Assembly: GCF_006345805.1 (NCBI RefSeq)
Contig: NC_043009.1
Location: 186,001 to 250,000 of the forward strand
Source of the DNA: Octopus sinensis
Taxonomy: Eukaryota
Direction of reading: 5' to 3'
Length of the DNA: 64,000 bases
Shown here: one piece after another, positions 1-12,919 of the stretch
Numbering within the stretch: the first letter of the stretch is position 1
Layout of the letters: every line of letters begins with the position of its first letter
The notes under the pieces: generated by a model
Databases searched by the model: none
Seen by the model: the letters and a program-made list of their open reading frames with translations, nothing else
Told to the model about the DNA's origin: nothing
Program-made: the position numbers and the translations under genes

Positions 1-2569
1 AAAAAGATTTACCTGATATAAAAGAAAAGCTGAAGCAAGATATCCTTGCCAAAGTACAAAGGATCCGCCGGTACGAGAAACGCCAGCGCTTCTTTGAACA
101 AAACAAAAAGTTCAACTCCAACCCCAAAAAGTTCTACCAAGAACTTGGCAAAAATAAAATAGAAATCACTGCAGCACCAACGGCAGAAGAAGTGGAAGAA
201 TTCTGGAGAGAAATATGGTCGGCGAACGAACAACCAAAAAAAGGAGTGTTAAAACAACAAACTCAGCATCTGAGCAACTTTGGACCCCCATAACAACTGA
301 AGAGGTCACCCAGGCACTGCAAAGACTAAGCAACTGGAAGACATCTGGGCATGACAAGATCCCCAACTTCTGGTTGAAATATCTAACAGGAATGCACAAA
401 AAGCTGGCTGAAAACTTTAACAACATACTAGCAGAGCTAGAGACAATGCCTGAATGGCTCACGAAGGGGAAAACCATCTTAATTCCCAAATCAAATGGGA
501 CAGCAAAAACAGAAAACTACCGACCAATAACCTGCCTCCCTACAATGTACAAGATATTTACTGCAGTGATATCGCAAAGATTGAACAAGCCCCTGGACGA
601 AATCAGCCTGTTTCCAGAAGAGCAGAAAGGATGCCGCAAAGGCTCATATGGCTGTAAAGATCAACTAATGATTAATAAAGCCATAACTGAAGACAGCCAC
701 AGAAAGAAGAAAGTCCTCAGTATGGCCTGGATCGACTACAAAAAGGCGTTTGATAGCATCCCCCAGACATGGATCCTCGAAACACTAGCCATTAACAAAG
801 TAGCACCAACAATTATAAAATTCATTGGACACTCTATGAATAAATGGCAAACAGTGCTACAGCTCCAAACAAAAGAGGGACTCATGAAAACCAAAGTCAT
901 CCCCATTAGGAGAGGAATATTCCAGGGAGACACGCTCTCTCCACTCCTTTTCTGCTTGGCACTGTCACCTCTATCTGATATGCCAAATAGAACTGGATGC
1001 AGATATAAATGTTACGGCAAAACGATCAGCCACCTTTTATATATGGATGACCTAAAACTATACGCTGCAAATGACAAACAGCTGGAAACACTATTAAAGA
1101 CAGTTCATGGATTTACCAAAGAAATAGATATGAAATTTGGATTAGAAAAATGCGCCAAAGTAACCCTGAAAAGAGGAAAACTAGTTAAGAGTAGCAACAT
1201 CACACTCGATAAACCAATGAAATAAAAGAATTAGACCAATGCCAAACTTACAAATACTTAGGAATCCATGAACTAGATAAGACACAACATATACAAATGA
1301 AAGAGAAAATAAAAAAGAATATTATAGACGAGTTACATCAATACTAAAAACAGAGCTCAATGCTAAAAACAAGATAATAGGTATTAACACTTTAGCTGTC
1401 CCAGTTATAAATTACAGCTACAATATCCTTAACTGGACACTAAATGAACTGTCCAAAATAGATAGGAAAACAAGAAAAATAATGACAGGATCTAGGATGC
1501 ATCACCCAAAATCTGACATAGAAAGACTATATATACAACGTATAGAAGGCGGTAGAGGTCTTATACAGCTGGAAAATTACTATAAAATAACCACCATAGG
1601 ACTGCAAAAATATCTACTTCAGAAGGAAGGAAAACTGATACAAATAGTGGCAAAACACAAGCAAAACAAAAAACTGTTCTCAGTATTTAAGGACGCTGAC
1701 ACATACAAACAAGAAATCATACCACCTAATAAATATGAAGAAGAAGAAGAAGATGAAGAAACAACAAAAGCTATTAAACAAATGAAATCCAAACTAAAAA
1801 TAGACCAGCAACGAACCATGATAAAACGATGGCAAGAAAAGCCCCTTCACGGTAAATGCTGGACTAAATTAAACGCAAAAGTAATGGACAAAGAAAAATC
1901 GCAGCAATGGTTGAGAAGCTCAGGACTCAAAGCAGAAACAGAGGGATTTTTAATTGCAGCACAAGATCAAAGCCTCCCCACCAGAAATTACCAAAGACAT
2001 GTAATGAAAAGAAATATAACAAGTAACTGCAGAATATGTGGAGATGGACAAGAAACAATAAATCATATTATCTCTAGCTGCCCAGTCCGGCACACACCAG
2101 AAAAGGTCACAGAAAACGAGAAAGCAACCATACTCTGGGATATGCCGATACACACAGATAGACCAGATATAGTTGTCAGAGATCATGAAGAAAAAAAATG
2201 CTTTCTAATTGATATATCAATACCGGCAGATGACAACGTGTCTCTAAAAGAAATGGAGAAACTTTCAAAATACAAAGACCTAAAAATAGAGGTAACCAGA
2301 ATATGGAATCTAAAAACAAACAATTCCTATCATAGTAGGTGCATTAGGCATGATAAAAAAATATTCAGACAAATACATAACAAAAACACCAGGACTTACA
2401 AACACATGTAACATACAGAAAATTGCACTACTAGGCACTGCACACATCCTACGCAGAACACTTTCCATACAATAACCATCAGAGCATCACAACAAATCAC
2501 AGCACATACCCAAGGCACACAGAGCTGCGCTCGGTAGTGAAGTGAAAGCACGCTATAAAAATAAGACTA

Positions 2570-2572
<3 letters not shown>
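1..2572 (+). mobile_element. R4/Dong-type RLE non-LTR retrotransposon, family A copy 1 (5' end runs off the window; frameshifted)
   Basis: RT motifs AWIDYKKAFDS, GIFQGDTLSPLLF, LYMDDLK (ORF 215-1225); CCHC CRICGDGQETINHIISSC and RLE RPDIVV..CFLIDISIP..KYKDL (ORF 1482-2411); ends in a (TAA)n tail at ~2573-2626. Confidence 0.95.
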
Positions 2573-2627
<55 letters not shown>

Positions 2628-2954
2628 TATGAATATAAAGTAAATATCGAAAAAAATTCTAATACTAAACTCACCAATAAGAAGGGTCACAAACAAAACG
2701 GCAAATAGCTTCATTCTGGACTGCTATTCAACAAAAAAAGTGGGGGGCGATGAGAGAAAAGTAAATAGATTGATCAAAGATATATTAATGAATAAACAGA
2801 AATAGCTTTGAGTTCATAATTGTCATGTGATCTATGCAAGTGCTAACCATGATCAATTATCTAAAGCTAAATCTTCTTATGTGAGATTACAGTTGCATGA
2901 TTCGAAGTATTTATGTTTACCAAGTTTTAAATTTGCTCATCGCTATCTGAATCA

Positions 2955-3423
2955 CACCTACCACCATCATTATCGATGGCGTCGTCATCGTCATCATAGC
3001 CATCGTCGTCGTCGTCGTTGTCGTTGTCGTCGTCATCGTCGTCGTCATCATCATCATCATCATCATCATCGTCGTCATCACCATCATCATCATCATTATT
3101 ATCATCATCGTCGTCATCATCATCATCAACATCATCATCATCAACATCATCATCATCGTCATCCTCCTCCTCCTCCTCATCATCATCATGGTCATCATCG
3201 TCATCCTCCTCCTCCTCATCATCATCATCATGGTCATCATGGTCATCCTCCTCCTCCTCCTCCTCATCATCATCATGGTCATCATCATCATCATCATCAC
3301 CGTCACCATCATCACCATCATTATCATCATCACCATAATCATCACCATCATCATCATCATCATCATCATCAACATTATCATCATCATCGTCATCATCATC
3401 ATCATCATCATTATCGTCGTCAC

Positions 3424-3456
<33 letters not shown>

Positions 3457-3461
3457 TATCG

Positions 3462-3519
<58 letters not shown>

Positions 3520-3548
3520 TATCAACAACAACAACATCATTATCATCA
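2955..3548. repeat. Compound (CAT/CGT/CCT)n trinucleotide microsatellite
   Basis: Directly visible; explains the poly-H/D/M/S/I ORFs in the track. Confidence 0.95.
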
Positions 3549-3867
3549 TCACTTCCTATTGCTTCTCCCCTACTCAGTGACCCGGCAGCCGAAAGCAAAA
3601 AAAAGGGGAAAAAAAAGAACAGCACCCCCTCCTCCTAAGTATATATAATTGTTGTGATATTAGAGCAGTTAGGAGATTTAAAAGATGAAATGACTTGGGT
3701 GGATGTGATTATCGACTTGAAAACAGGGGGTTAGCTAAACTGGGATTAAGTATTATTGATGTTGCTACTAGAGCTATTGTTGTTGTTGTTGTTGTTGTTC
3801 TTGCTGCTGCTGCTTCTGCCGCTGCTGCTATCATTGCTTTGTAATTCTTTAGATGAGTGTGAATATG

Positions 3868-4520
3868 CATGTAGTGCACGTGAGTGTGTATTGTGTGTAT
3901 GTGTAGTGTGTAGTATACGTGTGTGTGTAGTGTGTAGTATACGTGTGTGTGTGTAGTATACGTGTGTGTGTGTAGTATACGTGTGTATGTGTAGTATACG
4001 TGTGTGTCGTGTGTAGTGTGTAGTATGTGTGTGTGTAATGTGTGTGTAGTGTGTGTGTATACTGTGTGTGTAGTGTGTGTGTAAAGTGTGTGTAGTGTGT
4101 GTGCGTGTAGTTTTTATTTGTGTAGTGTGTATGTAGTGTGTGTGTGCGTGCAGTGTGTAGTACACGTGTGTGTGTAAAGTGTGTGTATTTATGTAGTGTG
4201 TAGTATATGTTTGTGTGTGTGTAGTGTGTGTATGTGTGTAGTATACATGTGTGTGAGTGTGTAGCGTGTGTGTGTAGTGTGTGTGTAGTGTGTGTGTAGT
4301 GTGTGTGCGTGTGCAGTGTGTAGTATACCTATGTGTAGTACACGTGTGTCTGCGTAGTGTGTGTATGTAGTGTTTAGTATACGTGTGTGCGTGTAGTGTG
4401 TAGTATACGTATGTCTGTGTAGTCTGTGTGTGTAGTGTGTAGTATACGTGTGTGTGTGTTGTAAGTAGCATACGCGTGTGTGTGTGTATGTGTGTGTGTG
4501 TGTGTAGTGTGTACGCTTGG
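3868..4520. repeat. Degenerate (GT)n / GTGTAGT-type simple repeat
   Basis: Directly visible GT runs interrupted by GTA and ATAC. Confidence 0.9.
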
Positions 4521-4737
4521 CAGATTAGCAGAGTAATTAGCATCGACCAACTCCAAGTTAGTTTACCTTTTAGCAATAGCGAAGTGAATAAAAACCGTTA
4601 CTCCCCTTTCTCCAGCTCTGCGTTCAAAACTCCCTTTCTCTCACATCAGTCAGTATATGTGCGTACTTGTGCGTTCGTGCGTGCGTGCGTGCATGCGCCC
4701 GCGCGCGCGCGTGTGTGTGTGTGTGTGTACGTATAGG

Positions 4738-4839
4738 TATGACTATGTGGTAAGAAGTTTGTTTTCCAACCATAGTTCCGGGTTCAGTTCCACCGCGTTG
4801 CACCTTGGGCAAGTGCCTTCAACTATAGCCTCAGGCCAA

Positions 4840-4870
<31 letters not shown>

Positions 4871-5259
4871 GTCATCATCATCATCACCATCATCATCACC
4901 ATCACCATCACCGTCGTCGTCGTCATCATCAACATCATCATCATCATCATCATCATCATATACATACACACAGACAAGTATGTTTGTGTGTTTGTCTTTG
5001 TGTTTGTCCCCCACCACCGTGTAACAACGGGTGTTGGTTTGTTTACGTCCTCGTAACATAGTGGTTCGGCGAAAAAGAGGCCGATAGAATCCCTTTGGGA
5101 AGCAATTGCGCTCTCGGTACGTGATGTTTTTTTTTTTTGGTTTTTGTGACTTCAAAAAGAAATGATCTGGTGGGGTCGATTTGTGGGACTAAAACGATTC
5201 AAAGCGCTGCTGCAACATGGCCGCAGCCTAATGACTGAAATAAGTAAACCATAAAAGAT
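4738..5259 (+). mobile_element. tRNA-derived SINE family 1, diverged copy with internal (CAT)n
   Basis: Colinear with copies at 9988, 18055, 28678 and 47885: head ...TGTGTGGTAAG...CCTTGGGCAAGT, body GTTTACGTCC..GTAAC..GCGGTTCGGC, tail CATGGCCGCAG..ATGACTGAAA. Confidence 0.85.
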
Positions 5260-6154
5260 CTCTCTCTCTCTCTCTCTTCCTTCCCCCACTTCTCTCTTTG
5301 TACGTATACTCAAGTGACCTATAGACTGTATCCCGTCCTCCCCCTCTTTGACTTCCTTCCCCCCCTATCTTACTCCCTTCCTTTTCCCCATCTCTCCCTC
5401 CCCTCACTCCTTCTCTGTTGGTGATCTGCTGGTTGTGGTTGTCGGTCTGTGATCAGAGGCATGACGACTAAATTGCTATATAATGTAACTAGATCTTAAA
5501 TGAGAAAACGGAGTGGCATTTGAAGATTTGGCTGCTGTTTCAAGCTTGCTTAAGCGACCACTCGTTTACTGGCTCGCAATATTTGAATTTAGTTGTTGCC
5601 TTGATGAGAATATTCTACACATTCTTTTGAGTGAAACCTCTGAATTCTTTATTCAACGTGAGAAATATTTTAGATCTTATCTCAGAGCAATCCTTTCTAT
5701 TGATGTCAGCAAGTCTCTTAGTACAGCTTACTTTGCTGAGTTTATTATAAAAATAGAGTGAAGGAAGCAGTATTGATACAGAAACGTAAAATATTCATCA
5801 TTTAAAAGTTAGATCACACAAATATTTTAATACAATTTATTGTGATATTGTTATCAGATTTGTAAGGGTGACGCAATTGGTAACACAATGAGCAGTTATT
5901 AATTTCGTCCATGACTGACCGAGTTCAAATCCTGCCAGTCAGCGTCGACGTTGCATTTTATCCCACCGTCAGTCTGCAGGAAATATTTATAACCAGTTCA
6001 AGCTGCTTCAACATATGATCAGTGTGTCTGAAGGTACACATTAAATTATGTAATATAAATTCATACAGGGACGAGGGGGTTGCCACCAACAAGGGTACAC
6101 CAAAAAACCAAGTAAAGCAATGGGCAGAAACGACAAGTGGATTTTTTGCTTAGC

Positions 6155-6189
<35 letters not shown>

Positions 6190-6329
6190 ATAAAAATGCT
6201 TGTGGATTTAGCGATAAATCATGGCGACTGGTTCAGAAAATTTTTACAGGAGAGGTAGGAAGAATGGGAAATGATAAGGTACTGATGAACCCAAAACGAA
6301 GATGCGCATGTGTAGGTGTATATGAGAGT

Positions 6330-6810
6330 GTGTGTGTGGATAGGGGATAGTGACTTTGACGTGTGGATATGTGCGTGTGTAGGTATGTGCGTCTGTAATG
6401 TATGGGCGTGTGGATGATGGTGTATAGTTGTGAAGATAATGGAGTGTGGTGTGGGTGCTGGGAAGTGGTCAGAGCTCGTGTGTGTGGAGTAGTGTGGGGT
6501 CGTGTGGAGTGGTGTGGTGGTGTGTGATGTGGGTGTGGGGATGTGAGGTTTGGATGAGGATGTGGAAGTGGAGGTGTGGCGTTATGGCTGGGGTATGTGG
6601 TAGTGGGATGTGTGGGTATGTGTGGGTATGTGTGGGTATGTGTGGAGGAGGGATTTGGATGGAGGGGGCTTCAATGACGAGAGAAGACAGGTAAAAGTGA
6701 AGAGAGGAAATAGGTGTCAGAGCAAGAGAAGAGAGGAGAGGTGGGTAGGAGTGAAGAGAGGAGAGGAGGGGATTCAGATGAAGACTGGAGGGAGTTGAGC
6801 CCATATGGCG
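6330..6810. repeat. GT- and GA-rich low-complexity tract
   Basis: Visible GTGG, GTATGTGTGG and GAGAG units. Confidence 0.75.
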
Positions 6811-6834
6811 CAAAGGAGCGAAGAGAAAAGATTA

Positions 6835-6960
6835 ATTTCTGTATATATATAAACAATTGCAGTGTGGAAGGTGTTTATAAGCCATTTAAGAAACACATAA
6901 AATCCGTTAGATTCACTTCAACATTTAAATTTAGTTTGTCAAAATATTTTCGTCGCTTTG
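6835..6960. repeat. Unclassified interspersed repeat; inverted homolog at ~25420-25545
   Basis: AAACAATTGCAGTGTGGAAGGTGTTTATAAGCCATTTAAGAAACAC matches the reverse complement of 25490-25537. Confidence 0.75.
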
Positions 6961-7109
6961 TGTGTGTATATATATATGTATTTATATATATATATACGTA
7001 TGTATGTATGTATGTATACATACATACATACATATATATATATACATATATATATACATACATGTATATATAGACACACACACACATATATATACATACA
7101 TATACACAG

Positions 7110-7510
7110 ACATGATGATAATGATTGCTTCATCTTGACAGATGATAGCGGTCCCATCAACTCATACACCACACATCCATTACATTGCACAGTCCCTCCG
7201 TTGATGAGCCCTCAGATGGCTTTTAAGATTCGCTGACTGACAGGTTTTAAAACGCAAGTGACGGATATTATTCAAGATACTTCCACACCTTTGCCCTTTG
7301 GAATCTGATTCTGAAGGAATGTTTTTGTGAACTAGCATATGTCTTTTAAGTCCAGATCTTGTCTTATAAGTTCTGTGACTTATGGCGCAAGTTGTAAGAG
7401 GCTGTTGGAGTTCAAGTTTATTACCTAGTTGATCATTTAGATTTTCATGTGACTTCATATGATTCACGAATCCTCCTTTTGATAATAGAACACGATCGTA
7501 CACAAGACAT
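7110..7510 (-). pseudogene. 3' fragment of a probable RTE-like LINE ORF2 (C2H2-like C-terminal fingers)
   Basis: Decayed finger motifs SKGGFVNHMKSH, KTRSGLKRHMLVH and NLKSHLRAH; a related motif CNRMCKSLAGVKSHSRA occurs at ~42625-42680. Confidence 0.5.
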
Positions 7511-7595
7511 ATCCAATATTCATTGCTGATAGGGCGGCGAGCTGGCAGAATATTAGCACACCGGGCGAAATGTTTCGTGTTTTACCAGTAGGGGC

Positions 7596-8456
7596 GAAAA
7601 TGAAAAAAATGTTTTTGTTCCCTACTCTGGAGCCCCAACACATAACTGGCTGTGTGAAAAACAACCCTCCTCTAATTGCAAGGCAGTAACTTCCAAAGTC
7701 TAATTTTTGACATCGCAAAAGACAAACGTATGGGAAACTGAAGTCGTTTGAATTCCAAGGGCATATTGGAAGGTATTAAAGGTAAGCGAGGAATGAAAAA
7801 AACCTCTTCACCATTTCCACAGACAGAAATTATTGTTGCCTTTATGACATTTCTCGTTAGTTTCTTCACAAGTCTCATGCCATTGCACAGCTTCGGCTGA
7901 GAAAAGTTCTGCAGAAGTATGATTGGAAAGCCAATTTTCAATCGAAGGCAATAAAGAGGAGCTCCTTGTAGCCCAAGTGACTTAAAGAACTGAACTTGGT
8001 AATTGAGAATTTCCGAATCATCAACAACAGAGTTATAGATTTATAAGTATGTTCATTTCCTGATAAAACTTTCTCGGGTCTTTCATTTAAATTATTCACG
8101 GTAATATTCTCTGCTGCCGTGATTGCTCTTTCGCACGACCACTGTCAATGTCATACTATACTCGTCTAAGAAACGCTATTTGTATGTTTGTTTGTTGTAA
8201 TAGTTCAGTTCAATAAATTACAGTACGTTTACTTATCACCCTTAGACTGGTCATGTATTTGAGTACTGCGGTTGGAAAAGGGCCTCATAGCTCCCTTAGA
8301 GAGGCACCCAGAGATTCGGGACCACTTCCATTGTCTTCGGCGTAAAATATTGCATAAGACTTATCTTTTAGTTTTAATATATATGCTGTATCCTTCGCCA
8401 CTATAGCTGAACAGACAGGCACACAAACACACAGACTTTTATTTTTATTATATAGA
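7596..8456 (-). mobile_element. Internally deleted Helitron (PIF1-like helicase C-terminal remnant and 5' TC end)
   Basis: [24 protein letters not shown]....VIKATI...[31 protein letters not shown], then SRVG..NIF.FAPTGKTRNI; the 5' end reads TCTATATAATAAAAATAAAAGTCTGTG. Confidence 0.85.
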
Positions 8457-9838
8457 TATATATACACACACGCGCGCCTTCATACACACGCACACATATT
8501 TATTTATTTTATTTATTTCATTCATTTTACACCGGATTTATTTTTCTCGGGATTCGTTATTTCTGTCTCTAGATGACTCAAGATTGAACTGCCTCTCTTT
8601 CTCTTTATATGCATTGAAATAGATTCATTTTTTCACCTATCTTTATATCATTGGTCGGTTCCCAGCATTAACTTGCTAGGTCGCTTTTTACATTATTTTT
8701 TCTTTTAGTCTTTTGTTTTTTCTTCTTCTGGTGGAGTACTGTCTAAGGCAATTTTGTTGGATGGTTTCTAAGTATTATTTTATGCTATTTTTCAGAGTAT
8801 TGCCTATGGTTGTTGTATCACTTCGTTGTTTCTGCCGTGATTTCATGGGTAAGTTTGTAGTAATTTATCTCAACGCTATTGCGTAATTTTGTATTTTTCC
8901 GAATATCACGTTACTATTCAGTGCATAGTTTATTGTCGATGTCAGAAAAATTGAGCATCAGAAATAGAAAGCTCACTCAACTTCACGCTCATATAACCTC
9001 AATATCTTGCTGAAAAGTCAAAGCCGCAATGATTCCACCACAGAAGGAAAATGAACAATAACAGTAGGTGTTTGACTTTCTGAGAGTCCTTTACTTCGCT
9101 TAGAACAGTGTAAACAAGATTAGTACGACTTAGGTGGCATCGTGTGCTTCAGGACTTGTACTTGTGGCGGTATCTACTCGAGGTGGGTTGAACCGGTTCC
9201 AACCAACGAGTTCGGAGTTTCAGTAGGAATACCAGTTCATGTGTGGTCCCCGATCACATGCATAAACGCTTTCGAATAGTGTGATCCATAGCAGCTTATC
9301 TTGCCGTCGACTGTCGACCGTCGCAGGGGCTTCGCTGACCAAATCACCACCGATTATCGGAGTAAATGTGACCTGGGCTTGGAGCGGTTTCTCGAGACAT
9401 GCTTTAACAAAAGCTAAGGGGTGTCTCCCTCCCAGTGGTCTTCCAGCTCACCAAACACCGACCCGGAATTTCTGAGGGTTCGTGCTATTACCTGATAGTC
9501 ACTGAAATTACACCAGGTTCATCCGTCCTTTTGACAGCTTCAGAACCAGCTGTTCGTTGTGGTAGTGTGAAGCACTGATTCAAACGGTATATTAAGGTAT
9601 ATATATATATATATATATACATAAAAATTCAAAACAACAAATAAGAGTGTTTCCCATTCTTATTTGAATAATCCATATTTATTTGTGTGTCTGTTTTCTT
9701 GGTTTAAGAGCAAACAATTAATTTTGCTCGATCAATAGATATCAAAAGCCATGCATAAATCTACCGTTCTTACTAGGCCTGTGTTCAATCAAGATTTACG
9801 TTGGAGTAAACAACGTTGGATAATGGTGTCTTCGAAAC

Positions 9839-9919
9839 GGGCATATGGTGTAGTGGTTAAAGAGCACGGGCTACTAACCCCAATAATCCGAGTTCGATTC
9901 CAACTAGTGACCTGAACAC

Positions 9920-9967
<48 letters not shown>
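9839..9967 (+). mobile_element. Short tRNA-derived SINE or tRNA pseudogene with (TAA)n tail
   Basis: A box TGGTGTAGTGG, anticodon-like loop CTACTAA, B box GTTCGATTCC; the acceptor stem pairs poorly and (TAA)n follows. Confidence 0.75.
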
Positions 9968-9968
<1 letters not shown>

Positions 9969-9987
9969 TAGGAAAAATTCCTTTTAT

Positions 9988-10393
9988 AGGTGTTGGAGTG
10001 GCTGTGTGGTAAGTAGCTTGCTTACGAACTACATGGTTCCGGGTTCAGTCCCACTGCGTGGCACTTTGGGCAAGTGTCTTCTACTATGGCTTCGGTTCAA
10101 CCAAAGTCTTGAGTAGATTTGGTAGATGGAAACTGAAAAATAGCCCGTCGTATATATGTATATGTGTATGTGTGTGTATATGTTTGTGTGTCTCTGTTTG
10201 CCACCCCAACATCGCTTGACAACTGATGCTGGTGTGTTTACGTCCCCGTAACTTAGCGGTTCGGCAAAAGAGACCGATAGAATAAGTACTAGGCATACAA
10301 AGAATAAGTCCTGGGGTCGACGTGCTCCACGAAAGGCGGTGCTCCAGCATAGCCGCAGTCAAATGACTGAAACAAGTAAAAGAGTAAAAGAGT
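9988..10393 (+). mobile_element. tRNA-derived SINE family 1, full copy
   Basis: A-box-like TGGCTGTGTGG, B-box-like GTTCAGTCCC, internal TA/TG microsatellite, tail GGCGGTGCTCCAGCAT..CAGTCAAATGACTGAAACAAGT(AAAAGAGT)2. Confidence 0.9.
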
Positions 10394-10670
10394 TAGGTTG
10401 AGTGGTCATAGATGGAATGCATTGATAATAAATATATTCAAAGCTGACGTGTGGTTAGACAACAGCAACAACAACGACATCAATAACAAGTTAAGTAATG
10501 TGTTTCTGCCCAGAAATACAACGAAATGTATACACCGGACTGGAAATCGTGGCCACTGACTTTTCACCGAAAATCTAACAATTCTAGCTTGTTAAGAAAA
10601 TATTGAGTTTAAATCTTTAGCACAAGGCCTGCAAGTTCTGAGTGAGAATTATGTATATATGTATGTGTTT

Positions 10671-10719
<49 letters not shown>

Positions 10720-10721
10720 TA

Positions 10722-11217
10722 GGAGGCGCAATGGCCCAGTAGTTAGGATCGTAGGATCGCGGTTTCGATTCCCAGACCGGGCATTGTGAGTGTTTATTGA
10801 GCAAAAACACCTCAAGCTCTAGGAGGCTCCGGCAGGGGCTGGTGGTGAACCCTGCTGTACTCTTTCGCCACAACTTTCTCGCACTCTTTCTTCCTCTTTC
10901 TGTTGTACCTGAACTTCAGAGGACCAGCCTTGTCACACTCTGTGTCACGCTGAATTTCCCCGAGAACTACGTTAAGGGTACACGTGTCTGTGAAATGCTC
11001 GGCCACTTGCACGTTAATAAATGAGTTGCAACATCACTGGTGCCAAGTTGTATCTGCCTTTTCCTTTTCCTTGGATAACATTGGTAGCATGGAGAGGGGA
11101 GGCCGGTATGTATGGGCGACTGCTGGTCTTCCATAAACAACTTTGCCCAGACTTGTGCTTCCGAGGGTAACTTTCTAGGTGCAATCCCATGGTCATTCAA
11201 GACCGAAGCGGGGTCAC
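10722..11217 (+). mobile_element. tRNA-derived SINE whose 3' part matches SINE family 2 (chimeric or related family)
   Basis: Head GGCGCAATGGCCCAGTAG..GTTTCGATTCC; 11020-11217 is homologous to 55465-55660. Confidence 0.8.
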
Positions 11218-11492
11218 ACATATATAATTATATATGTATATATACACAATTAGATTTTGGAAAATAAAACGAATGGCTTACATCTGGCAGTTTACTGGTA
11301 AAGCACTGTCACTTTCACAGTGATCGTTATGTATATGGCAAAGGAAGGACGAAAGATGGAATGTACGAGAATGTATTAATCATGATAATTGTTTTGACAC
11401 ATCTAACGTCGATCCCTCATGGGTGGGATACTCAAAAACTGGTTTAGGAGCATTATATATATATATATATATAATATATATATATATATATA

Positions 11493-11530
<38 letters not shown>

Positions 11531-11636
11531 TAATAATAATAATAATAATAACACAGCAACGGAATGAATGAGACCTCGATATTATGTAAAATAGAGGAAT
11601 TTATCTATAAGTATAATATGTAACAGTTAGTTGGCT

Positions 11637-11707
11637 GTCATAATAAAACTCAGAGTTTCGGATACAGGGTCTGAAGTCTGTTCCGGCATCTCATCAGTTA
11701 TTAAGAC
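11637..11707 (-). ncRNA. Type-I hammerhead ribozyme motif, HHR family A
   Basis: Minus strand: GTCTTAATAA CTGATGA GATGC..GTATCC GAA ACTC-T-GAGT T TTATTATGAC. Canonical core, palindromic stem III, and stem I with 9 of 10 pairs. Confidence 0.8.
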
Positions 11708-11734
11708 AAAACGTTTTCATTCGCAGTTCCTTCC

Positions 11735-12110
11735 TCAAAATTTGTAGGCAGGAGCTCCAGAAGACAGAAGTCATATCAGTTCGTTAATTCTTCGGTGACG
11801 TTTCTCCAAGATCAGCTCATGGATTTTCATATTTTCAATTATTCGGTAGGTCGATGGATGTCCTGAACAAGGTTGGACTTCAAGCGACAAGTGACCATTC
11901 CTAAAGCGTGGAAATCACTCGCAAACTTGTGTTTTGCTCCTGACAAGTTCCTTGTAAGCTGTTTGAAGCGAAGTATGACAACGGTTTCAGCCGCCATTCG
12001 CCCCAGCAGAAAACAGGATTTTACAGAAGCATGCTATTCCTTCGTTTCAGCTGTCGCAAAAGTAGACGAACAGGGGAGAAGCATTGCAAAACAATGACGC
12101 AGCCCATGGA
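11735..12110 (-). pseudogene. mariner transposase N-terminal (HTH) remnant
   Basis: Frameshifted minus-strand reading resembles G..A.ET....AY.E..S.TQV.EW..F.NG..SLE.QP.SG.PST...EN..KI.ELI...R. Confidence 0.65.
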
Positions 12111-12254
12111 AGTACAAAATCACCCGACGACCTACCCGGCCGATCTTACCAAGTCGTGTTGCTCTGCTTCACTTTGTTCTATAATCCTATTGAGAAACAT
12201 CAGAAAAGAATACTATAATGAGATTAACTTTTATTATGTACTTATAATATTCCG

Positions 12255-12380
12255 CCGAGGTCGACGTTGCATTTCATTCTTTCGGGGTCGATAAAATAAG
12301 TACCAGGTGATTACTGGGATTGATGCTATCGGTATATCGCTTTCCCTGATATTGCTGGCCTTGTGCCAAAATTTGAAGCC
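12255..12380 (+). mobile_element. SINE 3' fragment
   Basis: GAGGTCGACGTTGCATTTCATTCTTTCGGGGTCGATAAAATAAGTACCAG...GGCCTTGTGCCAAAATTTGAA; a partial homolog lies at ~5925-5970. Confidence 0.6.
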
Positions 12381-12919
12381 ATTATATACATATAATATGT
12401 AAAGCGTCGGTCTTAAATGTGTACTTGTTACGTGAAGAGCTGTGTAATACTTGGCGCCTAGTGACAATGAGGGAGATATTGCGTCCAAGTGCTACACATA
12501 AAAAAAGACAAAAGAGACTCTCTACACCCGCCTCAATATAAAGATCAAACATGAACTTTTTAATGTGAATAGGATGTGAAAATCTGTACTGGTTTTTCAT
12601 GTTGAAATGGCAGATAAAAGCAGATGTTTGAGCCAGTGAAGAGTTTGTTATGAGAGTGGTTGCGCGTAGGATTGAGTATGGGGTGACGAACAAATTACCA
12701 GGTTTAATAGAATTCAGATATTTTTTCGTAAACTTATACTTGTCTAACTGCATGACGAAGAAAGGAGAATTGAATTAATGCAAACACTATCACGGCTTCT
12801 CACACTATATGCCCAAGTACACATCACGTGTGAAGACAGCTGGCGCGCACATCATTATCTAAAATTATTTACACATATACATATAAATAAATATAAATGC
12901 GTATGTACGTATACAATAT

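Noticed and set aside
2827-4576. Long His-, Asp-, Met- and Thr-rich ORFs
   Set aside because: Open in several frames because CAT and GT microsatellites lack stop codons; no complex sequence.
9130-9590. GC-richer segment, possibly a transposon UTR or ORF
   Set aside because: No interpretable translation or structure in any frame.
9839-9915. Functional tRNA gene
   Set aside because: The acceptor stem does not pair well and a (TAA)n tail follows directly; treated as a SINE or pseudogene.
11405-11445. TCCC..GGGA hairpin followed by CGACGTTA on the minus strand
   Set aside because: Core nucleotides are too degenerate to call an HHR.
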